DNA of 64,000 nucleotides from a virus: IMG/VR virus record IMGVR_UViG_3300045450_000145, positions 119,547 to 183,546 of that record; one strand, 5' to 3'. Shown piece by piece: positions 56,491 to 64,000 of this stretch (position 1 is its first letter; each line of letters starts with the position of its first letter). The notes under the pieces were generated by a model. It saw only the letters and a program-made list of their open reading frames with translations, ran no database searches and was not told where the DNA came from. The position numbers and the translations under genes were made by a program.

Positions 56491-58151
56491 TATGCACTCT
56501 CCAATACATCAAGTTGTAATGTCCCAGTGGTATTTGAACCTGCGAAAGCTGCGTCTGAGATGTAAAGATATGATCCTGTCGGACTGTAGTTTCCATTTTC
56601 ATCCACGATAGTAAAACCTTGGAAGTGATCATCGGTATCAGTGTAACGTGTTAGGGTCGCTGCATTGGTGTAGTTAGCACTTACCTTTGTAATGTCAGTG
56701 ACACGTGTGCCAATTGGCTGATAGCGGCTGAAGGCGGGGAAGGTGATGGTTCGCATTGGGAATCCACCAACAACGTAGGAACCGCCAGCAGTAATCTGAT
56801 TACCGTTGCGGTTAGCCAAGTTAACTAAAACTAGGCTGTTGAAAGTTTGATTTCCCTTTGGATCAGCATCCTTGATTCTTAAAACTCTAGACCAGATACC
56901 ACCGTTATTTACCCAAGAACCTTGCCATGTACCAGATGATGCAACTAGGGTAGGCGCAGCCAATAAGGACTGGTTAGGTGTCAGCCTAACGGTGTAGTCA
57001 TTTCCTGCGTCTGTTGATTGCAATCTAGCAGGATTACCGACAATTGCTATCGCTGCAGTTGGAGCTGTATTTGCGATCGCGACCTGCGCTTGAGCGGTTG
57101 AAGTTGCGTTGTTTGAAGTTTTAGTTGCAATAATGGTGTAGTTATTTGTGTTAACTACGTAGCTACCACCAGCCCGGCTGACGGTCTTAGATGCAGCATA
57201 TTCACCAGGATTTGTAATGCTCAAATCAGCAGATGAAGAGTAAGTTACTATATCAGCGTTAGTCACCGTTGCATTTACTGTCGCATTTTCAGTGTCCTTC
57301 AACGCAAGTTGACCGCCAGGATAAGTAATGCTTCTAGCACCAATTGTTGGATAAGTTTGGTTGAGAGTGATCTGATTAGCAGAAGTACGATTAGCGCCAT
57401 ATGTGCCGAGAGCATTCTGCGCACGCGCAGTAACAGACTGTAAACCAGACAAGTTAGATGCAACAAAGGTGCCACTAAACTTTCTATACCCGTCACCTCC
57501 CGAATTAGCAACGTCAAGTGTTTGGGCTGAAACTTGACCTGCTGCACCAGCAGCAATAATTTCAACAGCAGTTGCCGCATTTGGAACCAAGCCGCTTACC
57601 TGAATAACATCTCCAGCTTTAGCTTCTGTTTGTGAGCCGGGTAAAGCTCCAATAATTACGGTAGTGATTGAAGGCCCTACACCCGCCCGTCTGATTGTAG
57701 TAGTTGCCTCGGCACCTGTTGAGGAGGTTGCCGTGATAACATAATCGCCGTCAGTAATACCAGTCAAGTCAATCGTGCCAAGGAAGAATCTCTTGTCAGA
57801 TGGATCTTCAGTTAAGTTGACATTAGCGGGTAGGTTTGGTAGAGGTGGGTTTGAGGTGATTGTAATTGTTGGTGAGTAGAATGATCCGCTACCTTCAGCA
57901 ATTAGCGAGAGCCTTACATTTGCGGTATCGGTGGTACCTTCAGTAATGACTCTATTTGCTGGAACGGTGTTTGGAACATACTGCTTCTGTCCTACAATTC
58001 CCGACGAAGTTGGTGCAATATTAGTGAAGAAGACGCCCCCTGCAACTGAATTGCCAGTTGCATTGACCTTTTCATCCACATATTGCTTCGTTGCCGCATC
58101 CATGGGTAAGGATGGGTGGTCCGAGAGCTCGGCATGCTGGAAGATTTTCAT
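56490..58151 (-). CDS. Fibre/Ig-like virion structural protein
   Basis: DAATKQYVD fibre motif followed by Thr/Ala/Ser-rich beta-sandwich-like segments. Confidence 0.65.
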   Translation of the reverse strand: MKIFQHAELSDHPSLPMDAATKQYVDEKVNATGNSVAGGVFFTNIAPTSSGIVGQKQYVPNTVPANRVITEGTTDTANVRLSLIAEGSGSFYSPTITITSNPPLPNLPANVNLTEDPSDKRFFLGTIDLTGITDGDYVITATSSTGAEATTTIRRAGVGPSITTVIIGALPGSQTEAKAGDVIQVSGLVPNAATAVEIIAAGAAGQVSAQTLDVANSGGDGYRKFSGTFVASNLSGLQSVTARAQNALGTYGANRTSANQITLNQTYPTIGARSITYPGGQLALKDTENATVNATVTNADIVTYSSSADLSITNPGEYAASKTVSRAGGSYVVNTNNYTIIATKTSNNATSTAQAQVAIANTAPTAAIAIVGNPARLQSTDAGNDYTVRLTPNQSLLAAPTLVASSGTWQGSWVNNGGIWSRVLRIKDADPKGNQTFNSLVLVNLANRNGNQITAGGSYVVGGFPMRTITFPAFSRYQPIGTRVTDITKVSANYTNAATLTRYTDTDDHFQGFTIVDENGNYSPTGSYLYISDAAFAGSNTTGTLQLDVLESA

Positions 58152-58188
58152 ATGCTATGGTTGCTTATGTTATTGAAGAATATAAAGT

Positions 58189-58195
58189 TATTTAT
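58189..58195 (-). promoter_or_regulatory. T4-like late promoter ATAAATA
   Basis: 37 nt upstream of ORF 58151, overlapping upstream stop. Confidence 0.5.
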
Positions 58196-58419
58196 CAATA
58201 TACAGGGAACATTGACTTAGAAGCCGCCTCAAGCCGCTTGTTAATAAATTCAGTTGCAATGTCTCTTTCAAGTGGAGACATCATTAAGACTCTTTCATAT
58301 TGAATTGAGCCTCTAGAAAAGTACGCAATTTCCACTGCAGCTTTTAGCAAATTACGCACATCTAACGCCATTGAATTGATCATCTCGGAGATTCTGCTGC
58401 TATCTCCGCTGATGATCAT
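58195..58419 (-). CDS. Tail/baseplate assembly chaperone C-terminal part (gp51 C-term / GT-like)
   Basis: IAYFSRGSIQYERVLMMSPLERDI pattern; ATGA overlap in the -1 frame of upstream gene. Confidence 0.55.
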   Translation of the reverse strand: MIISGDSSRISEMINSMALDVRNLLKAAVEIAYFSRGSIQYERVLMMSPLERDIATEFINKRLEAASKSMFPVY

Positions 58420-59198
58420 TCTGTGAAAAAAGAGATTGGATTCAAGGGTAGTTCGACTTCAATTTCCTCACCACAGTCTTTGCATTTAATCTTAACTGTT
58501 TGATTAGGACCCCAATTATTGGTCTTTTCAATAGTTTCAGTAATTTGATTCTGATAAGGACTAGTTAGAGTTTTAACCCACTCTTCAATGTGAACACGTT
58601 TTGTAGTGTCATCAACTGAATCAATTAAGTTTGTTAAGTTAAAAACGACGTTCTTCTTAATATCATCAGGCGTAAATTCCTGCTTACCTGCATTTAGCTG
58701 ATAAAGCTTGATCATGTGTTCAAACTTAATTGGATGAACCTTTACAACTTGGCCATTTGGTAATGTAGTTTGAAATTCTTCTTCAGCAACAGTTGGATCC
58801 AAGTATCTAATTTCGGAAATTAGCTTCTCAATGTTAATCATGTAGTCATGATTCTTGGCATGCTCGCAGTCGTGCTTCACTTTAATTTCAAAGTCTGGGC
58901 CATAAGTTACTAAACGTAAAAATAGCATAATAGCATCGATGTCTCTACCATATAGTTCGGTAGGCTTCTTAATTTCAGGAATGCATTCTGCAAATACTTC
59001 CTTAATTGCGCTGCCATTGAAAAGTTGGTCTGGATTCTTCAGTGAGATTTCGGCTAAAGCTGACATTGGGTGAACGTGAACTTCGCCCTCTGTACCGTTT
59101 ACTTCCCCCTGCTTATATAATGCAGCGCGTGATGGGAGTTGAAAGGTGCGACCTGGCAACTTAATCTTTGCCATTAAGGGATTCTGTTCATTTGTCAT
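58416..59198 (-). CDS. Baseplate hub assembly chaperone, T4 gp26/gp51-like
   Basis: LPSR..LY, PMSALAE, DIDAIMLFLR..TYG and C-terminal KCKDCG...LP. Confidence 0.7.
   Translation of the reverse strand: MTNEQNPLMAKIKLPGRTFQLPSRAALYKQGEVNGTEGEVHVHPMSALAEISLKNPDQLFNGSAIKEVFAECIPEIKKPTELYGRDIDAIMLFLRLVTYGPDFEIKVKHDCEHAKNHDYMINIEKLISEIRYLDPTVAEEEFQTTLPNGQVVKVHPIKFEHMIKLYQLNAGKQEFTPDDIKKNVVFNLTNLIDSVDDTTKRVHIEEWVKTLTSPYQNQITETIEKTNNWGPNQTVKIKCKDCGEEIEVELPLNPISFFTE
58425..58431 (-). promoter_or_regulatory. Candidate -1 slippery heptamer U_UUU_UUC
   Basis: Codons TCT TTT TTC ACA GAA TGA; -1 shift reads TTT TTT CAC AGA ATG into the downstream ORF. Confidence 0.5.
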
Positions 59199-59212
59199 AT
59201 TGTCTCCAGCGA

Positions 59213-59234
59213 TAAATATAGTCTCGTATATTTA
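59213..59234. promoter_or_regulatory. Face-to-face pair of late promoters
   Basis: TAAATATA-GTCTCG-TATATTTA inverted repeat between divergent late genes. Confidence 0.6.
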
Positions 59235-59267
59235 CAAATTCTCCAACAATTAAAAAGGGCCGTCAGG

Positions 59268-62039
59268 ATGGCAGTCGATATTGATACATTAAAGACGTTA
59301 CAAAGGATTGAGGCCCTTTTATCAAAGTCACTTAGCACTACAAGCGGGTCTAGAACAACTAGAATTGCCGGCGGTGCATCAAACCCCGCAAATCAAACTA
59401 AAATTTACAAAGCCTCTGCAGTCGCACTCGATAATTTAACAGATAAGGCAGACACGCTCGCCCGATCATTTAACAGCTTGAATAAAACTGTAAATGCCAC
59501 CAGGTCTGCGTTTGTGCAAATGAACAGAGGGGTTAGAAGAAACCCAGTTAATAGAAATAATAATCAACCTACTAACTTACCTTCATTTTCAAACCCACTA
59601 GCATTCTTAACTGGTAGAAGCCCAGGCAGCACTGCAAATATTCAACAGGGGTTAAGAGCAATGAGCGGCTCTATCTCATATGCTTCTGTTGCAATTACTG
59701 CGGCAGCATCACAGTTAGTAGGCGCGATTAGACCAGTTATTAATGACTTCTTTGCACTACACGCAAGAGGTATTGACGCATCATCTTCACTCGGTGGATT
59801 ATATGTAGACGCCATCAGAGCTGGCATGAGTTTGCAGGAATATACGGAAGTACTTGAAAATTCTACTCCAGCTTTAGTTAGGGCAAATAGCTTTGATGAA
59901 TTTAACAAGAGATTAACCGAGAGTAATCGAAGTCTCGGTGAACTTGGGATTTTTGGCGCTAGCGCTACTAAGTTATCTGCAACAATGGCCAGTTCAGCAA
60001 CAGTAATTGGCGTGCCGCAGGAGCAATTAAATAATTCTATTAGTCAACAAATTAAGGTATTTGGGGATTTAAGAAAAACGACCTTAATGACCGCTGATGG
60101 ATTTAACGCGGTCATCCAAAGCTTATCAGCAAATCAAGAGGTCCAATCACAATTGTTAGGATTATCTGGTCAAGAGCGATCTGCTAGGTTTCAAGAGTTA
60201 ATTCAAATTCAGACCCTTGGTCAGAGGATGGGTGCAACTAAGGAGGCGTCAGACGCATTAGGCGCAGCCCTCATTGAACAGCGAAAGCTTACTGCGCCAC
60301 AACGTTTTCAGGCCGCAGGCCTGATCAGACAGGCAGGATCAATTACGGGCATGAATAGCGCTGACACGGAAGAACTCGCAAGACTAGGCAGAAAGAAAAA
60401 TTTAACTACCGAAGAAGCTGAAATTGCGACTAGATTGGGTGGCCAGTTACAACAAGGCATTGAGAAAATGCTGAATTCTGGTAATATTCAAACTGAATAC
60501 ATCGCTGAGCAAATGCAAGAGCGGCTGGGTGGCTCAGGCATAGGTAGATTCCTTGGAGCTGCAGGAAACGTTGCGCTAACTAGAAGCTCTGGTGAAATTG
60601 CAAACGATCAATTAGGCAAGGGCGCAAATACGTTAGTTCAAGGTGCAGGCTTGCTATTACAGTATGCAACCGGTTTATCTAAAAATCCAATCGCTGAAGC
60701 AATTACTAAGGCTCTTGGCTCGTCAGCATTTAGCATCGGGTTAGGCGTTGTTTTAGGTAGGGTGCTTGGTAGATTGCCAATATTCGGTGGAGTTGGGAGA
60801 GCAGCTGGATCAGCAGCGGGTGGTATTGCTGCTGGCGGCTCTAAAATTATGGACTTACTATCTAGATCATTTAATGTTGGGCCAGGTGTGGGTGTCGTAA
60901 AGGATATTAAGTCAGTTATTGGTTGGATGCAAGGGGCGTGGAATAGTTTTATTGGTGGTGTAACTAATATTAAGGGCACTGCATCTAAAATTACTGGCGG
61001 ATTAGCTTCGACAGTTGACTTTTTAAAGGGCGGTGTTAGTAATATCTTTAACTGGGTGGGTAGTGCAATTCAGGGTGGCAAGAATCTTTTTGGCGCACTT
61101 AGAGGTGCAGTTGGAACAGGCGGCGATGTTCTCGGTGTGTTGCAGCGAATAGCTGGTGGAGCTGGCAGAATTTTAAAGTTTATCCCTGTAGTGGGCAACT
61201 TAGTCTCGGTCTTGATAGATACTGTTGGTGAAATTTTCACAGGCACAATTTCAGATGCATTTAATCCTGGTGGAGGCTCATGGGTAGATAGAATTGGTAA
61301 CGTAGTTTTTGCGGGCTTGAATGGTTTATTTGGTGGAATTGCAGGTATTGCAGATAAGGCAATTGAATTCTTAACAGGAAAAACATTTAATTTGGAAAAT
61401 GCGTGGGAGAGATTTGCAACCTTAATGAGAGGGGGCTTCTTTTCTGCTTTAGCAAGCATCGCAGAAGCCGCTACATTCGGTAGAGAAAATAGACTTTCTA
61501 CTTACTTCAGAGAAGCTGCAGATAATTCTTATCGAGTGCTATCACAGCTGTCTGAAAACCAAAGCACTACAATTGCAGATATTGGCAGAAAGAATGGTGA
61601 GGAACTAGATAAACAGAAGGCTGCTGCACAAAAGTCTGAAAAGGCAATGACTGGAGTTACAAAGAGTTTTAATGCAGCAGCTGGCATTATTACTGACACA
61701 TCTAACTTAAGAAGTCAAATTATTTCTACTGCATCCCAAGTTGCAACACCTGGTCAAACTATTAGACCGACTGTCAATTCTGGAGATGTAAATAGATCAA
61801 CAGACACTACACCTGCCGCTCCACCACCAGCTGTAGGAACCCCATCTGCTCCAAGTGCAATTGCGCCCCCAGTAGTTGATATGACTGCACAACTAGCACA
61901 GGCGATTCAAGTATTGCAGCAGATTCTAAGTACAAATCAAAGCCAGCTTGCGGTAGATCAGGAGTTATCTAGAAGAATAGGCATGACGCCATTCTCAGAT
62001 AACACTCTTTTACTAAACAAGATGATTGGACAAAATTAA
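59268..62039 (+). CDS. Tape measure protein (gp29-like position)
   Basis: 923 aa, helical Ala/Gly/Gln-rich with Trp-spaced Gly-rich repeats; adjacent to tail chaperone genes. Confidence 0.75.
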   Translation: MAVDIDTLKTLQRIEALLSKSLSTTSGSRTTRIAGGASNPANQTKIYKASAVALDNLTDKADTLARSFNSLNKTVNATRSAFVQMNRGVRRNPVNRNNNQPTNLPSFSNPLAFLTGRSPGSTANIQQGLRAMSGSISYASVAITAAASQLVGAIRPVINDFFALHARGIDASSSLGGLYVDAIRAGMSLQEYTEVLENSTPALVRANSFDEFNKRLTESNRSLGELGIFGASATKLSATMASSATVIGVPQEQLNNSISQQIKVFGDLRKTTLMTADGFNAVIQSLSANQEVQSQLLGLSGQERSARFQELIQIQTLGQRMGATKEASDALGAALIEQRKLTAPQRFQAAGLIRQAGSITGMNSADTEELARLGRKKNLTTEEAEIATRLGGQLQQGIEKMLNSGNIQTEYIAEQMQERLGGSGIGRFLGAAGNVALTRSSGEIANDQLGKGANTLVQGAGLLLQYATGLSKNPIAEAITKALGSSAFSIGLGVVLGRVLGRLPIFGGVGRAAGSAAGGIAAGGSKIMDLLSRSFNVGPGVGVVKDIKSVIGWMQGAWNSFIGGVTNIKGTASKITGGLASTVDFLKGGVSNIFNWVGSAIQGGKNLFGALRGAVGTGGDVLGVLQRIAGGAGRILKFIPVVGNLVSVLIDTVGEIFTGTISDAFNPGGGSWVDRIGNVVFAGLNGLFGGIAGIADKAIEFLTGKTFNLENAWERFATLMRGGFFSALASIAEAATFGRENRLSTYFREAADNSYRVLSQLSENQSTTIADIGRKNGEELDKQKAAAQKSEKAMTGVTKSFNAAAGIITDTSNLRSQIISTASQVATPGQTIRPTVNSGDVNRSTDTTPAAPPPAVGTPSAPSAIAPPVVDMTAQLAQAIQVLQQILSTNQSQLAVDQELSRRIGMTPFSDNTLLLNKMIGQN

Positions 62040-62046
62040 GGACATT

Positions 62047-63702
62047 ATGGCACAGCTACAAAATTACTGGAGAATTATCCCTCCAGCATCACGTAAGCAG
62101 TTGTATACGACTGTAACAACTGACGCGTATGACCCGCGGACGACCGACTTGTCATCTTTATCTACCGTTACTTGGTATTCTCAAGTTATGCGAGGGTTGG
62201 GAAATCGATTCGCATCATATAAGCAATATGATGCGATGGACGCTGATATTGATATTGCGCGTTCACTTGATATCATTGCTGAAGAAATGTCAGGTAAAGA
62301 TGAAAAGACCGATTTGCCTTTTGAAATTGTCTATCAAAAAGAAGACAACGAAGAAATTAGCGATACCACTGCCATTACCTTGAGACAGGCGGTTAGGCAA
62401 TGGGCTAACACGCAGGACTTCAACAAGCGTATCTTCTCTATTGCAAGATGTATGATTAAGTATGGAGATTGCTTCTTTAGAAAGTTATCAGATACTAAGA
62501 AGTGGATCTACGTAGATCCATCTTTAGTTTATGGTATTGAGGTTGATCAGTTTGGCGCAGTTGTAAATTACCACGTTAAGAAGATTGGCGGTGGAAATAC
62601 TGCTGGTACCTTTGGCACTAAAACTGAGCAGCATGAAATTGTGCCGGCCGCGGCGATGATTCACTTTACTTTATCTGACGACATGGGTGATTCAGCCCCA
62701 TTTGGCTCTTCAGTTTTACGTCCGATCCACCGCGTCTTCAAGCAACTAACAATGCTTGAAGACGCGGTGGTCATCTATAAGATTGTTAGAGCACCAGAGC
62801 GCCGGGTATTTTACATTGATACTGGCAACATGCCACCACAAAAAATTAAGCAATACCTTGAGCAAATCAAGAATGAAGTAAAGCAGAAGAGAACGCCAGG
62901 CGTAGCAGGCGGAAAGGATGTAGTCGACGGTCAATTTGACCCAACATCAATTCAAGAGGATATGTACTTTCCAGTTAGCGCTTCAGGTAGAGGATCACGC
63001 GTTGAAACTTTACCAGGTGGTGCAGAAGACTTTGGCACTGGCTTACTAAAGGTATTCCAAGACAAGATTTTCAGAGGCTTGAGAATTCCAACCTCATACA
63101 TGTCAGGCACTGAGGGCGCTGGCGCCCAATACAACGACGGCAAAGTTGGCATTGCCTACATTGAGGAGCTTCGGTTCGCGCAGTTCATTCGACGCATGCA
63201 GGATAGAATGGAAGAAATCTTTGACCAAGAATTCAAGGTATATTTGAAAGTTTTAGGTTTAAAGATTGACGATGAAATTTTTAAAATTAAGTTGCCAGAC
63301 CCAGCTAACTTTGCTTTATATCGACAAGCCGCACTTGATGCCGACCTAATTAGCTCGTACAATAACATTGCTGCAGATAAAACCTTATCTAGAAGATTTA
63401 TCTTGAAGCGCTACTTAGGTTTAACTGATGATGAGATTCAAATGAACGAAGTCATGATCAAGGAAGAACGCAATATTACCGACAATAATAAAATTCCGGC
63501 ATTGGTTCAGATGTATGACCCGGCCATATATGACAACCGTGAAACAATCTCTGTTGAACCTGATGAACCAGAATCAAGTGGTGGCGAAATTGGTGGTGGC
63601 GACGAAGAGGATGATGTTAACAACGGTTTCTTCAGTGGCGGTGATGCTAATGAACCGGCTGATGAAGCTCCGGCTGCAGATAACACAACATCGGCAGCTT
63701 AA
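62047..63702 (+). CDS. gp20: Portal protein, T4 gp20-like
   Basis: LEDAVVIYKIVRAPERRVFYIDTGNMP, EDMYFP, ETLPGG, RGLRIP, EELRF; SD AAGGA favours ATG 62047. Confidence 0.95.
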   Translation: MAQLQNYWRIIPPASRKQLYTTVTTDAYDPRTTDLSSLSTVTWYSQVMRGLGNRFASYKQYDAMDADIDIARSLDIIAEEMSGKDEKTDLPFEIVYQKEDNEEISDTTAITLRQAVRQWANTQDFNKRIFSIARCMIKYGDCFFRKLSDTKKWIYVDPSLVYGIEVDQFGAVVNYHVKKIGGGNTAGTFGTKTEQHEIVPAAAMIHFTLSDDMGDSAPFGSSVLRPIHRVFKQLTMLEDAVVIYKIVRAPERRVFYIDTGNMPPQKIKQYLEQIKNEVKQKRTPGVAGGKDVVDGQFDPTSIQEDMYFPVSASGRGSRVETLPGGAEDFGTGLLKVFQDKIFRGLRIPTSYMSGTEGAGAQYNDGKVGIAYIEELRFAQFIRRMQDRMEEIFDQEFKVYLKVLGLKIDDEIFKIKLPDPANFALYRQAALDADLISSYNNIAADKTLSRRFILKRYLGLTDDEIQMNEVMIKEERNITDNNKIPALVQMYDPAIYDNRETISVEPDEPESSGGEIGGGDEEDDVNNGFFSGGDANEPADEAPAADNTTSAA

Positions 63703-63727
63703 TTCTAGAAAGTAACCCCGTTATCTA

Positions 63728-63734
63728 ATAAATA
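63728..63734 (+). promoter_or_regulatory. T4-like late promoter ATAAATA
   Basis: 27 nt upstream of gp21 start; flanked by imperfect inverted repeat GTAACCCCG/CGAGGTTAC. Confidence 0.6.
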
Positions 63735-63761
63735 CGAGGTTACCCTTATAAGGATTATAAA

Positions 63762-64000
63762 ATGCAAATTCTTTCAGAACACCTATCACCGGTTGCAGCT
63801 GCTCTTAGAGAGCAGAAAAGCGGTGGCAACATCTTCTTAGATGGCATCATGATGCAAGCTAGCTTAAAAAATGGCAATGGCCGCGTCTATCCACTTGAAG
63901 AAATTTCTAAGGCGGTTGACATCGCGGCTAAGCGTATTGCCGAAGGTCACCCAATCTTAGGTGAATTAAATCACCCCGATGTTTTAACTATTAATTTAGC
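63762..64000 (+). CDS. gp21: Prohead core protease, T4 gp21-like, 3'-truncated by window edge (not in ORF track)
   Basis: Manual translation MQILSEHLSPVAAALREQKSGGNIFLDGIMMQASLKNGNGRVYPLEEI...ILGELNHP; SD AAGGA. Confidence 0.9.
   Translation, partial: MQILSEHLSPVAAALREQKSGGNIFLDGIMMQASLKNGNGRVYPLEEISKAVDIAAKRIAEGHPILGELNHPDVLTINL

Noticed and set aside
59268-62039. Gly-rich hydrophobic repeats as a toxin or pore-forming protein
   Set aside because: Size, composition and position next to tail chaperones are typical of a tape measure protein
63712-63743. Imperfect inverted repeat around the gp21 late promoter as a terminator
   Set aside because: Large AT-rich loop, one mismatch and no U-tract; kept only as a note on the promoter
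1-64000. CRISPR/TIGR-like arrays, tRNAs, rRNA, retron or DGR elements
   Set aside because: Intergenic gaps are all short (mostly under 130 bp); no regularly spaced repeats, cloverleaf or reverse-transcriptase motifs were recognised by eye; a formal scan was not possible

Overview
Gene-dense 64-kb segment (roughly 40% GC by eye) of a T4-like jumbo myophage of a Gram-negative host (two-component spanins present). The architecture resembles the divergent T4-like jumbo myoviruses such as the Lu11/PaBG/RSL1 or Y3/JA11 types, but that placement is inference only. Contents: replication and recombination genes (gp61-like primase, gp41-like helicase, gp46/gp47, Hjc-like resolvase, PD-(D/E)XK exonuclease), the gp55 late sigma factor, a free-standing HNH endonuclease, a muralytic/lysis block (SLT, permuted NlpC/P60, M23+GH108 fusion, spanins), a long minus-strand tail/baseplate/fibre region (PAAR, gp5, gp6, gp25, gp53, 1361-aa and 2852-aa structural proteins), tape measure, portal gp20 and the start of prohead protease gp21. 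About 17 T4-type late promoter cores (TAAATA) and four intrinsic terminators can be read directly. Most notable: (1) about a dozen late proteins with a T4 internal-protein-like N-terminal tag (MK-h-x-E/D-L-F-E), including three tandem ADP-ribosyltransferase-like paralogs and a Cys-His-Asp papain/transglutaminase-like enzyme, alongside a late KxDG ligase-fold protein and a late HxGH nucleotidyltransferase, suggesting a virion-delivered modification arsenal; (2) a stand-alone 414-aa PolA/T7-RNAP-like polymerase core; (3) a 199-aa protein resembling the RuvC-less N-half of TnpB abutting a resolvase-type nuclease (speculative); (4) a candidate -1 frameshift in the tail chaperone pair. No tRNA, rRNA or CRISPR array was seen. 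All homology calls are from motif recognition by eye, not database searches.
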